Shown here: positions 20,719 to 29,470 of the stretch, one piece after another
Position numbering within the stretch: position 1 is the first letter of the stretch
Layout: every line of letters begins with the position of its first letter
From: Candidatus Limnocylindrales bacterium
GTDB lineage: Bacteria; Chloroflexota; Limnocylindria; Limnocylindrales; CSP1-4
Direction of reading: 5' to 3'
Assembly (NCBI GenBank): GCA_049521175.1
Contig: JBEKPB010000003.1
Coordinates: forward strand, 6,704 to 70,703
Length of the DNA: 64,000 bases
The notes under the pieces: model-generated
The model's input: only the letters and a program-made list of their open reading frames with translations
Told to the model about the DNA's origin: nothing
Database searches by the model: none
Made by a program: the position numbers and the translations under genes

Positions 20719-20787
20719 TTCAAAAGCAAGCATGCGGGCCCGATGAACGAACCTCGGCGTCGGGCCTGCCCAGAAAGAAGGACTTCA

Positions 20788-21075
20788 ATGGACATTCCCC
20801 AAATGACACTCGTCGCCTGGGTCGTGGTCGGCGCTATCGCCGGCTTCCTCGCCAGTCGCATCATGGGGGCCCGCGAGGGCCTATTGATGATGGTCGTGCT
20901 CGGCATCGTGGGCGCTGTCGTCGGCGGATGGATCGCGAGCGATGTGCTCAAGGTCGCCAACGTGACCGGCATCAACGTCACGAGCATCGTCGTCGCGGTA
21001 GTCGGAGCGATGATCGTCATCTTCGCCGTCGGGCTTCTCGGCGGCCGGAAGAGAACTCGTTTCGGCTGGCACTGA
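20788..21075 (+). CDS. GlsB/YeaQ/YmgE-family stress-response membrane protein
   Basis: Trimmed to internal ATG (MDIPQMTLVAWVVVGAIAGFLASRIMG...). Characteristic G-rich paired TM helices of the transglycosylase-associated protein family. Confidence 0.7.
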   Translation: MDIPQMTLVAWVVVGAIAGFLASRIMGAREGLLMMVVLGIVGAVVGGWIASDVLKVANVTGINVTSIVVAVVGAMIVIFAVGLLGGRKRTRFGWH

Positions 21076-21121
21076 TCCCAACGGCGCTCTTTTGGGCGCT
21101 CACCTCGTTCTGAAACCATCC

Positions 21122-21157
21122 AGCAGGAACGACCCCGGACGGCGGGCCGTTCCTGCT
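21122..21157. terminator. Hairpin (10-bp stem AGCAGGAACG/CGTTCCTGCT, 16-nt loop) followed by CTTGTT
   Basis: Perfect inverted repeat seen directly downstream of the GlsB-like gene. Confidence 0.5.
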
Positions 21158-21198
21158 CTTGTTAACGCCCAGGTCCAACGCATAGCGGGATCCGGCAC

Positions 21199-21474
21199 GT
21201 GATCGACCTCTCGCATCCAGCAATTCAACGGGTGGTCGAGGTAGCCTCCCGCAAGGGAGTCGTGCTCGATGTCAGGCCGATGTCTCACTCCACCCACACC
21301 CCCGAGGAGGCGGACACGGCCGTCGATGCCGAACTCGGACAGATCGTGAAGTCGGTCGTATTCGTTGCCCCACGCCCGCACGGCGGCCCCTGTCCGAGAG
21401 GTGCCGGAGCTCTCGGCAGTCAGCCAGGTAGAACGCAGAAGCTGGGCCGGTCGCTCGCCGGCCAAGGTCGGTGA
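21199..21474 (+). pseudogene. YbaK/ProX-type aminoacyl-tRNA deacylase remnant (truncated or frameshifted)
   Basis: The first ~60 aa (IQRVVEVASRKGVVLDV...HTPEEADTAVDAELGQIVKSVVFVAPRP) match the N-terminus of YbaK/ProX editing domains. The ORF then degenerates and stops, while a weakly YbaK-like continuation appears in another frame, overlapped by the next gene. Confidence 0.3.
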
Positions 21475-21517
21475 CAATCGCCGGCAGACGCAAGTGTGCG
21501 GATTGTCCGGGGGACGT

Positions 21518-22285
21518 GTGACCAACAAGGTGACGTTTCTGGGCCATTCGACCGTCGTGGTGGACATCGACGGCGCACGCGTGCTCACCGACCCGCTACT
21601 CGGCCACCTGGCAGTGGCCATCAGGCGTCAAGTGCCTGCCGTCGCCCCTGATACGCTCGTTGATGTTTCGGCGGTCTTCATCAGTCACGGCCACTTCGAC
21701 CATCTGGATATCGAATCCTTGCGGGCGCTTCCGGGCACGCCGGTGTTCATCGTCCCGGTCGGCCTCGGGCGCGTCGTGGCAAAAGCGGTGCGCGGAGTCG
21801 TCCACGAGGTTCGAGCCGGCGACCGCCTGCAAGTCGGCAATCTGACGCTCGAGGCCGTCCACGCAGAACATGGCGGCCGCCGTTCGCCCTTCACGCCTGC
21901 GGTGAGCCCACTGGGCATCCTCATCGCCGGGTCGACGAGCGTCTATTTCGCCGGCGACACGAGCCTCTTTCCGGGTATGTGGGACCTGGCCGGGCGTGTC
22001 GACGTGGCGCTCTTGCCGGTGAGCGGCTGGGGTCTCACCCTCGGGCGCGGCCATATGGATCCGCGGGACGCAGCCGAGGCTGCGGTGCGGATATGCCCTG
22101 CGATTGCCACGCCTATCCACTGGGGCACGCTCTACCCTCTGGGGCTGCGGCGGTTGGCGGGCCGCCGATTCGAGGGGCCGGGCGAGGCCTTTCGGGAAGC
22201 GGTCGCGGACCGTGCCGCTCGGATCGAAGTCCAGGTCTTGCGGCCGGGGCAATCGATGCCCCTAGACGGGCGGGCCGGACGTTGA
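21518..22285 (+). CDS. MBL-fold metallo-hydrolase
   Basis: Trimmed to GTG (VTNKVTFLGHST...) after a GGGGGA RBS. HGHFDH metal-binding motif and downstream His/Asp ligands. Confidence 0.7.
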   Translation: MTNKVTFLGHSTVVVDIDGARVLTDPLLGHLAVAIRRQVPAVAPDTLVDVSAVFISHGHFDHLDIESLRALPGTPVFIVPVGLGRVVAKAVRGVVHEVRAGDRLQVGNLTLEAVHAEHGGRRSPFTPAVSPLGILIAGSTSVYFAGDTSLFPGMWDLAGRVDVALLPVSGWGLTLGRGHMDPRDAAEAAVRICPAIATPIHWGTLYPLGLRRLAGRRFEGPGEAFREAVADRAARIEVQVLRPGQSMPLDGRAGR

Positions 22286-22356
22286 GTCCCGCGGTCGGCG
22301 CGGCGCCTTCGCCGGCAAGTGGTTGGCTCGCGTTCTACCGCCTCCAAGCTCGCCTC

Positions 22357-24378
22357 ATGTGGACGTGGCGACCCACCCGAATGGCGATCCTGCGCCGCAC
22401 GATCCTGTCTTACCTGGGAGCCTGCCTGGCGCTGGCCATCACCGCCTCTGTGCTCTCGGGGCTGAGGATCGACGGGCCCGCGGCGCTATCGCTGGCAGCG
22501 CTGTTGCTGTTGACCCTCGACAGTTCCTCCGACGTCTTCCTGCAGTGGCTGTTCGTGGCGAGGCCGATCTTCGTTGCCCAGACCGTCGGCCTCCTCGTGC
22601 AGGGCCTGGCCATAGTCGCGGTCGGGCAGGTGGTCCCAGGCGTGTCGGTGGACGGGACCGCGACCGCGGTCTGGGGTGCGGTGCTTCTGACGATCCTCAA
22701 CAGCTTGTTCGCCGAGCTCGTAGCAGTGAGCGACGACGATTCGTATTACGGCGTGCTAGTCAGGCGATTGATCGCGCGCAACTTCAAGCGCGTCGCTGAA
22801 TCGACGCCGGGGTTGCTCGTGGTCCAAATAGATGGGCTGAGCCTTCCCGTTCTCCGCCACGCAATGAGGGCCGGACGGGTTCCCGTGCTCGGCGGACTGG
22901 TGCGAGACGGTGCGGCCACGCTCCATCCCTGGACCGCATTGCTGCCGCCGACGACTCCCGCCAGTCAGGCCGGCATCCTCCACGGCCGCAACGACCGTAT
23001 CGCCGGCTTTCGATGGTACGAAAAGGCAACCGCCCGGCTGCTGGTGGCCAACCATCCAGACGATGCGGCCGAGATCGTACGTCGCGTCAGCGATGGCACG
23101 GGCTTGCTGGCCGACGATGGAGCGAGCATCGGCAACCTCCTGACCGGAGACGCACCACGCAGTTACCTGACAATGGCCACCATCGGCGAAGGCGCACCTT
23201 CCGACGACGGGAGACGCCTGCGTGGCTTCCTGGCCACGTCCGTCAACTACCTCCGCCTGCTGGTTTTGATGGCCGGCGAGATGGCCAAGGAGCTGTATCA
23301 GGCGGAGCGCCAGCGCGCCCGGTCGGTCGAGCCCCGCATGCACCGCGACCTGCATTACGCCGTCGAACGAGCCGTCACCAATATCGCCCTGCGGACGACA
23401 TCCACGGCTTTCGTCATCGAGGAGATGTACGGCGGGGCGCCCACCATCTACGTGGACTACACCGGATACGACGCCATAGCACACCACTGCGGCCCCGAGC
23501 GCGATGAGGCGATCGACGCGCTCGACGGCATCGACCGGGCGATTGGGTCGTTGCTGAAAGCCAGTGAGTACACCTGCCGGGCTTATCGGCTGGTCGTGCT
23601 CTCGGACCATGGCCAGTGCCTTGGCGCGACGTTCAGCCAGCGGTACGGGCAGCCACTCGAGGCAATCATCGCCGCGCTGCTGCCGCCCAACATGAGCGTC
23701 GTCGGCACCACCGACTCGGTCGAATCGGCCGGAATGGGCCGACACATCGTGGCCGAGCTCGGCCGAGGCCACGGCGTCGGATCGATGCTGACACGCCGGC
23801 TGCCCAGCGCCCTGAGACATCTACGGCGCCAAGCCGGGCGCGCCGCCGCAGTTCCTCCGGACGTCGTCGTGGCCTCCTCAGGAAACCTGGCCCACGTCTA
23901 CATCACGAGCCAGCCCGAGCGGATGACCAGTGAGACGATCGAGACGCGCTGCCCTGGCCTTATCGAGGCACTGGCGCGTCATCCGGGGATCGGAGCGGTC
24001 CTGGTGAGATCCGCCGCCGGCCACGCGTTAGTGCTTGGGCGAGACGGTCGGCTCGACCTGACGGCTGGTCGGCTCGATGGCGGCGATCCCCTGGCCGACT
24101 ATGGTCCACGCGCGGCCGAGAACCTGCTGCACCTCGAGGCCTTCGCGACCGCCGGCGACCTGATCCTCCTGGGTGCCGTCGACCGCATCTCCGGTGAGGT
24201 CACCGGCTTTGAGCAGCTCATTGGCTCCCATGGTGGCCTCGGCGGCTGGCAGACTGAGCCGTTCATCATGTGCCCTGCGACCCTGACCCTGGACGGGAAC
24301 CCGCCCGTAGGAGCGCCGGCAATCTATCGCCAGCTCGTGGCGTGGCGCACGCAACTACGAACCGAAAGTGGTGGTTGA
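22357..24378 (+). CDS. Fusion of a phage-holin-family (4-TMS, superfamily IV-like) membrane domain with an alkaline-phosphatase-superfamily (type I phosphodiesterase/nucleotide pyrophosphatase-like) domain
   Basis: Trimmed to ATG at codon 127 of track ORF 21979..24378. N-terminal about 150 aa with 4 TM helices resembling holin-family proteins. C-terminal domain carries AlkP-core metal-ligand patterns (DYTGYDAIAHHCG, LSDHGQ, GSHGG). Confidence 0.65.
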   Translation: MWTWRPTRMAILRRTILSYLGACLALAITASVLSGLRIDGPAALSLAALLLLTLDSSSDVFLQWLFVARPIFVAQTVGLLVQGLAIVAVGQVVPGVSVDGTATAVWGAVLLTILNSLFAELVAVSDDDSYYGVLVRRLIARNFKRVAESTPGLLVVQIDGLSLPVLRHAMRAGRVPVLGGLVRDGAATLHPWTALLPPTTPASQAGILHGRNDRIAGFRWYEKATARLLVANHPDDAAEIVRRVSDGTGLLADDGASIGNLLTGDAPRSYLTMATIGEGAPSDDGRRLRGFLATSVNYLRLLVLMAGEMAKELYQAERQRARSVEPRMHRDLHYAVERAVTNIALRTTSTAFVIEEMYGGAPTIYVDYTGYDAIAHHCGPERDEAIDALDGIDRAIGSLLKASEYTCRAYRLVVLSDHGQCLGATFSQRYGQPLEAIIAALLPPNMSVVGTTDSVESAGMGRHIVAELGRGHGVGSMLTRRLPSALRHLRRQAGRAAAVPPDVVVASSGNLAHVYITSQPERMTSETIETRCPGLIEALARHPGIGAVLVRSAAGHALVLGRDGRLDLTAGRLDGGDPLADYGPRAAENLLHLEAFATAGDLILLGAVDRISGEVTGFEQLIGSHGGLGGWQTEPFIMCPATLTLDGNPPVGAPAIYRQLVAWRTQLRTESGG

Positions 24379-24498
24379 CGCCAACCAGCCGCGCGTCTCA
24401 CGGGTTTGTTGGGATGCCGAGCTGAGCACGCAGCCGGACCGGATGCCGTCACGACCGCAGCGCGCCTCAGTCGCTCGGTCCGTTGTGGCGGTCGGCCT

Positions 24499-24570
24499 TC
24501 AGCGGCGGCTGAATCGCAGTCCGCCGAACAGGAACAGAACGATGAGGACGATGACCACGAGTTCCAACAT
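24499..24570 (-). CDS. Putative 23-aa hydrophobic small protein MLELVVIVLIVLFLFGGLRFSRR
   Basis: ATG preceded by AAAGGGG 7 nt upstream. Single TM-like helix with a basic C-terminus, located in a 480-nt intergenic region. Confidence 0.3.
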   Translation of the reverse strand: MLELVVIVLIVLFLFGGLRFSRR

Positions 24571-24858
24571 GGGAGACCCCTTTCATCGTCAGACTGCTCG
24601 TCCTTGGCCCGCGGGGTGAGGATGGAAACTCTCCTCCGGGATCCCCGTAGGCCACACGCTCCGGTCAATGGACCGGGAAGGGGGCGCGGAACCGAAACAG
24701 CGTGCAGCTGAGCACCGGACTCTCCGGGTCGGCTGCGTGACCTTTGATCAGCCGGCAAGGACAGGGGCCATACTCTACCTTCGTAATAGATCTGGACAAA
24801 GGCTCAAAGCGCCCGAAGCGCCGGGCGGAGCAGGCGTCAACCCGGTGGAGGTGGCTAC

Positions 24859-25890
24859 TTGAGCATGCGGTCGGAGCTCGGGGAGGCGCCCGAGGTCGTT
24901 CGGTCGCTGATCGAGACGCAGTGGACGGTCATCGATTCCGTAGCCGAGGCCGTCCATTCGCACGCGGTGGACATGGTCTTGATCGCGGCCCGAGGCACCT
25001 CCGACCATGCCGCCACCTACGCTCAGTACCTGTTCGGGGTCCACAACAAACTCCCCGTCGCCCTCGCCGCGCCGTCGATCCAGTCGCTATACGGCGTCGT
25101 GCCGCGGCTCCACAACGCGCTCGTCATCGGCGTGTCGCAGTCGGGCCAGTCGCCCGACGTGGTCGGGGTCGTGGAAGAGGCTCGCCGCCAGAACGCCCCG
25201 ACGATCGCCGTTACCAACGACCCAGGCTCGCCTTTGGGCCGCGCGGCCGAGTTCCGCATCGACATTCATGCCGGTGCCGAGCGAGCCGTGGCCGCGACCA
25301 AGACCTACGTCGCCGAGCTGGCCGCGCTGGCGATGCTGTCGACCGCTCTGGACGGAAACGCCCTGGCCCGCCGGCAGCTCGCGGCGGTCCCGGACGCAAT
25401 CGCCGAGGCGCTCGGCCTGGAGGAGGCCGTCGAGTCGGCCGCCCGCGAACAGGCCGGCATCCAGCGCGCCGTCGTCCTCGGGCGTGGCTTCAACTACTCG
25501 ACCGCGCTGGAATGGTCTCTCAAGCTCAAGGAAACGACCTACGTCCTTGCCGACGCCTACTCGACCGCGGACTTCGAGCACGGACCGATCGCCATGATCG
25601 ACCCCGGCTTCGTGGTCCACGCGATCGCCCCCGATGGCCCGACCCTCCCCGAAATGGAGGTCGTGCTGGGAAGGCTCCGCGATGCCGGGGCCCGGCTGGT
25701 CGTCGCCTCGAATTCCGCCGGCGCCCTCCGATACGCGGACGTCCCGCTCCGTCTGCCGGAGTCGCCGGAGTGGCTCTCGCCGCTCTCGGCGATCATCCCG
25801 GGCCAGCTGTTCGCCTGCCACCTGGCCCTCGCCAAACACCTCGACACCGACCACCCCCGCAACATCCAGAAGGTGACCCGGACGACGTGA
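24859..25890 (+). CDS. SIS-domain sugar-phosphate isomerase/deaminase (GlmS C-terminal-like, AgaS/NagB-II type)
   Basis: Two SIS domains (IAARGTSDHAATYAQYLF...VSQSGQSPD; second SIS with GPIAMID). The N-terminus is typical of AgaS-like proteins. Confidence 0.8.
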   Translation: MSMRSELGEAPEVVRSLIETQWTVIDSVAEAVHSHAVDMVLIAARGTSDHAATYAQYLFGVHNKLPVALAAPSIQSLYGVVPRLHNALVIGVSQSGQSPDVVGVVEEARRQNAPTIAVTNDPGSPLGRAAEFRIDIHAGAERAVAATKTYVAELAALAMLSTALDGNALARRQLAAVPDAIAEALGLEEAVESAAREQAGIQRAVVLGRGFNYSTALEWSLKLKETTYVLADAYSTADFEHGPIAMIDPGFVVHAIAPDGPTLPEMEVVLGRLRDAGARLVVASNSAGALRYADVPLRLPESPEWLSPLSAIIPGQLFACHLALAKHLDTDHPRNIQKVTRTT

Positions 25891-25929
25891 CGCCAAGCGG
25901 CGACGTCGGCTGGCTACGTCGCGGCAGCG

Positions 25930-27612
25930 TCAGCGGGCCACGTCGCGACGCCGAATTCCCCAACCGCCGAGCGCCAACCCAACTGCGGCGAGCACAAGGC
26001 ACGCCACGATGCCCGCGGGATCCCAGTGCCCGACCATCGGCTGGCCCAGGTGCGACGTCAGGGCGAGCTGGTGGAACCAGTCGGGCAGGCTGAGAGCGGG
26101 CGCCAGCAGGTCGATCAAGTACGTCGCCACGACGACGAGGGCCACGACCTCCGCGGCGATGGATGTCCTCCACCCGCCGACGGCGAACCCGACCCCGGCC
26201 AGCGCGGCCGCATACACACCCAGGACGATCGTGCCGGCCATCGGGGTCAGCGCATCGCTCCCGGCCGCAGCTGCGCCGAGGCCGACGCAGACGGCCATGA
26301 TCGCCGCCATCACGACGATCCCGGCATACACTCCCAGCCCGCTGAGGATCGCCCAGCGCGGCCGGGCGAGCGGCGTGGATAGGAGCATCTCGAGCCGGCC
26401 CGAGGTCTCGTCCGAGGCCCAGCCGGAGACCAGCGTCGCGGCCGCGAAGCCGACCACTATGTACTCGAGCTGGATCATCAGCTGCAGGAAGCCGCCCGCG
26501 GTCGTGATGCTGATGCCGGGGAAGATCTGGCTGAACGTCTTGACCAGATCGGGCGACTTCGCGACGTCGTCGGCAAGCGCCTTGCTGATAGCCGCCATGG
26601 CCAGAGTGAAGATGCCCAGTCCGAGGCTCCAGGCCAGCGTCATCGGCAGCCGCTCACCGATCGAGCGTCCGATCGGGCCGCGTAGGCCGCGGAGCGGCTG
26701 CGGCAGCCGCGGCGTTCGAACGGCCTGCTGAGCCCCGACGTCCCGTCGCGCGAACGCCTCCACGCCGATCATGAGCGTCGCGGCGGCGACGATGGCGGTC
26801 GGAACCAGCGATGGCCAGTTGTACTGGCCTGCCAGCGGAAGATGGTCGGCAGTCCACGCACATGGCGTCAGGACAGCGAGCGGCGTGAATGCAGGCACCG
26901 TCGCGGCGTAGCCCTGGAGGATCCAGCCCGCGAACAGTGCGAAACCGGCGACGCCGGCTCCCACCGCTCGCCCGAAGAACTGGGCCAGGGCGAACGCCAG
27001 CCCTCCGAAGGCGAGACCCGCGAGCCCGACCCACAGGGCGAATCCCGCTGCCGCCTGCACGGGAATGGCATCGCCCGGCAGGGTCGCAAATGCGGCGCCG
27101 GCGAGCCAGGCGGCGAACCCCAGGATCGCCGCGGTCAAGGTCATAACCGTGAGGTGGGCCGCGACCTTCTCCACCGCGATGCGGCGTTTGCCAAACGGCG
27201 ACGCTGCGACAAACTCGAGGCTGCCGCCGCGCGCCTCCTGCGCCAGGGTGCCGGAAAGGGCCATCATCGACCAGATGGCCGCGATCCACAGGAAGATCGG
27301 GCCGTACTTCCACTGGACGTAGCCGCCCATGGTCCCGACGTTGACCGCCTTGCCGGCGATCCCCTGCGCCACGCCGCCAACGCTGGTGGCCAGGCTCGCC
27401 AGCTCGACCCGGGACTCCGCGTTCGGATAGGCCTTCGTGATCGCCGCACTGACGACGAGCATGATCCCGCCCATCAGCCCGGCGCCGACGATGAGCGCAA
27501 GCCGCGAGTCGCGCATCGTCTTGGCATAGATGCTGCCCAGACCGTATATACGGCTCCGCAGTGAGATGTGGTAAGGCGCCGCCAGTGGCGCTCGACCTGC
27601 CTCAGTGGCCAT
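25930..27612 (-). CDS. ABC transporter permease (large ABC-2-type, about 12 TM)
   Basis: Highly hydrophobic 560 aa; its start overlaps the stop of the upstream ATPase gene by 11 nt. Confidence 0.7.
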   Translation of the reverse strand: MATEAGRAPLAAPYHISLRSRIYGLGSIYAKTMRDSRLALIVGAGLMGGIMLVVSAAITKAYPNAESRVELASLATSVGGVAQGIAGKAVNVGTMGGYVQWKYGPIFLWIAAIWSMMALSGTLAQEARGGSLEFVAASPFGKRRIAVEKVAAHLTVMTLTAAILGFAAWLAGAAFATLPGDAIPVQAAAGFALWVGLAGLAFGGLAFALAQFFGRAVGAGVAGFALFAGWILQGYAATVPAFTPLAVLTPCAWTADHLPLAGQYNWPSLVPTAIVAAATLMIGVEAFARRDVGAQQAVRTPRLPQPLRGLRGPIGRSIGERLPMTLAWSLGLGIFTLAMAAISKALADDVAKSPDLVKTFSQIFPGISITTAGGFLQLMIQLEYIVVGFAAATLVSGWASDETSGRLEMLLSTPLARPRWAILSGLGVYAGIVVMAAIMAVCVGLGAAAAGSDALTPMAGTIVLGVYAAALAGVGFAVGGWRTSIAAEVVALVVVATYLIDLLAPALSLPDWFHQLALTSHLGQPMVGHWDPAGIVACLVLAAVGLALGGWGIRRRDVAR

Positions 27613-28516
27613 GATTGGCGACCTCCACGGCCGACTGGCCGTACTGCGCCAGGAACGTCTCTTCGAGGCTCGGCTCGCGGCTCACGAAGTCGGCGAGCTC
27701 GAAGCGAGCCGCGACCTTGACCACCGGGTCGATCGGCCCCGTGACGTGCATCCGGAGGACGTGATCCTCGGCGATGACGTTGGAGACCCCGGCGATCCGC
27801 TCGAACGCGGCGGCGGGCACTGGTCCGGTGAAGCGAAGCTCGACCTGGTGCGCGGCGAGGTCGCGCAGGGCATCGACCCGGTCGACCATCACTATCCGCC
27901 CGTCGCGGATGATGCCGACGCGGTCGCATGCCTTCTCGGCCTCGGAGAGCACGTGACTGGACAGAAAGACCGTTCGGCCGTCGGCCACGGCTTCCCGCAC
28001 AACCGAGAAGAAGGTCTGCTGAACGAGTGGATCGAGTCCGGCCGTCGGCTCGTCCAGGACGAGCAGCTCGGGTTTGTGCTGGAGGGCGGCGACCAGTCCG
28101 ACCTTCTGCTTGTTGCCTTTCGAGTATTCCTTGAACTTGCGAGAGGGATCGAGGTCGAAGCGCTCGATGAGCGACGCCTGGTAGGCCCGATCGAGGCCGC
28201 CGCGCAGGTTGGCAAAGTATTCCAGCGTCTCGCCGCCGGTGAGCTTCTCGTAGAGGGTGAACTCGCCGGGCAGGTAGCCGACCCGCTTGTGGATCGAGAC
28301 CGGATCGACCGTCGTGTCGATCCCGAAGACGTACGCCTTTCCGGCGGTCGGCCGTATGAGGTCGAGCAGGACGCGAATCGTAGTCGTCTTGCCGGCGCCA
28401 TTCGGACCGAGAAAGCCGAAGACCTCGCCCGGCTGGACCTCGAGGTCGACGTCGACGATCCCTCTATGGGAGCCGTACGACTTCGTCAGCTTCTCGGTCT
28501 TGATGATGGCTGCCAT
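27602..28516 (-). CDS. ABC transporter ATP-binding protein
   Basis: Walker A GPNGAGKTT, ABC signature, Walker B LLVLDEPTAGLD and H-loop. Confidence 0.9.
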   Translation of the reverse strand: MAAIIKTEKLTKSYGSHRGIVDVDLEVQPGEVFGFLGPNGAGKTTTIRVLLDLIRPTAGKAYVFGIDTTVDPVSIHKRVGYLPGEFTLYEKLTGGETLEYFANLRGGLDRAYQASLIERFDLDPSRKFKEYSKGNKQKVGLVAALQHKPELLVLDEPTAGLDPLVQQTFFSVVREAVADGRTVFLSSHVLSEAEKACDRVGIIRDGRIVMVDRVDALRDLAAHQVELRFTGPVPAAAFERIAGVSNVIAEDHVLRMHVTGPIDPVVKVAARFELADFVSREPSLEETFLAQYGQSAVEVANHGH

Positions 28517-28544
28517 TGATGCTCCTTTGTGAACGAGCTCGGCG

Positions 28545-29228
28545 TCAGCCGAACCAGAAGTGCATGGTTTGGCTGTCGAGTTTCGGCCAGGACCCGGGCG
28601 GAAGGCCTAGGACCCGCTCGAATGCCTCGGCATATGCAGCGAAGGTGCATTCGACGTCGTCGAAAGAGATCGCTCCCGCCTGACGGGCAAGGAATAGCCG
28701 GCTGGCCGTCTCGTTGGTGCCCAAGAGGAGCGCCACGAGAACGCCCGCCGTGTGCTCAGGCGAGCTGATAGTGAAGGTCCCCTCAGCCTTGCCCTGCCGG
28801 ATGATCGTCGCCAGCAGCGGAGTCAGCCGGGTGGTCGTTCCGCGCCGAAGCTGTTCGCGCACGACGGTGTTGGCGTCGGAGAACCAGACCCGCAGGAGCT
28901 CGATCATCAGATCGGTTCGTTCGCCCTTCCATTGAGCGAGCGTGGAGAACAGGCCCGTGAGCTTCTCGACTGCCGGCAGATCCGGATCCATCGCCACCGG
29001 TGTCATCGCCGCGGTCGCTGCCTCGACCATGCGATCCACGACGGCCGCCAGCAGGGCCTCTTTCGAGTCGAAGTAGTGGTAGAAGGCGCCCTTGGATACG
29101 TCGAGCTCGTCGAGCAAGTCCTGGACGCTCATCTGGTCCAACCCCTTGGACTGGATCAGACGCAGCGCGACGTCCAGGAACGCGTCGCGCCGCACCGCGT
29201 GAGCCGTTGGATTGAGCGTGCGTCCCAT
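28545..29228 (-). CDS. TetR-family transcriptional regulator
   Basis: HTH LDQMSVQDLLDELDVSKGAFYHYFDSKEAL; first gene of a tetR-ABC ATPase-permease operon. Confidence 0.85.
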   Translation of the reverse strand: MGRTLNPTAHAVRRDAFLDVALRLIQSKGLDQMSVQDLLDELDVSKGAFYHYFDSKEALLAAVVDRMVEAATAAMTPVAMDPDLPAVEKLTGLFSTLAQWKGERTDLMIELLRVWFSDANTVVREQLRRGTTTRLTPLLATIIRQGKAEGTFTISSPEHTAGVLVALLLGTNETASRLFLARQAGAISFDDVECTFAAYAEAFERVLGLPPGSWPKLDSQTMHFWFG

Positions 29229-29245
29229 TCGGGTCTCAATAACAA

Positions 29246-29258
29246 ACCGACCGTCGGT
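29246..29258. promoter_or_regulatory. 13-nt palindrome ACCGACcGTCGGT about 20 nt upstream of the tetR start; candidate TetR operator
   Basis: Perfect odd palindrome seen directly in the tetR / VOC divergent intergenic region. Confidence 0.4.
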
Positions 29259-29470
29259 CTAAGAATACGCCAACCGGGCCCGGCGGTCAAGGCGTCGTCT
29301 CGTCAGGCAGGCGCCGCGGCGGCATCGGCCGCGATGACGCCGATATCGGCAGGCGGCACAGAGGTCTGCACGCCGGGGACCGAGGCTCAGACGATGCCAG
29401 AATCCCTTCCTCGTATCCGATCCGCCCTTGACGATCGATGAGGGCGGCCCCGCGCCAAAGGAGGCCACAG

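Noticed and set aside
24499-24570. TatA/E-like identity for the 23-aa hydrophobic ORF.
   Set aside because: The ORF ends before the conserved FG-KKLPE hinge and amphipathic helix, and neither downstream frame continues with TatA-like sequence.
24790-24870. Possible glmS ribozyme upstream of the SIS-domain (GlmS C-terminal-like) gene: the stretch AGCGCCCGAAGCGCCGGGCG resembles the 5' cleavage-site/P1 region of the Bacillus glmS ribozyme (AGCGCCCGAACU...).
   Set aside because: Only about 50 nt separate this match from a convincing AgaS-type protein N-terminus. The ribozyme core needs well over 100 nt with the P2.1/P3/P4 elements, which are not present. The similarity is confined to a short GC-rich hairpin.
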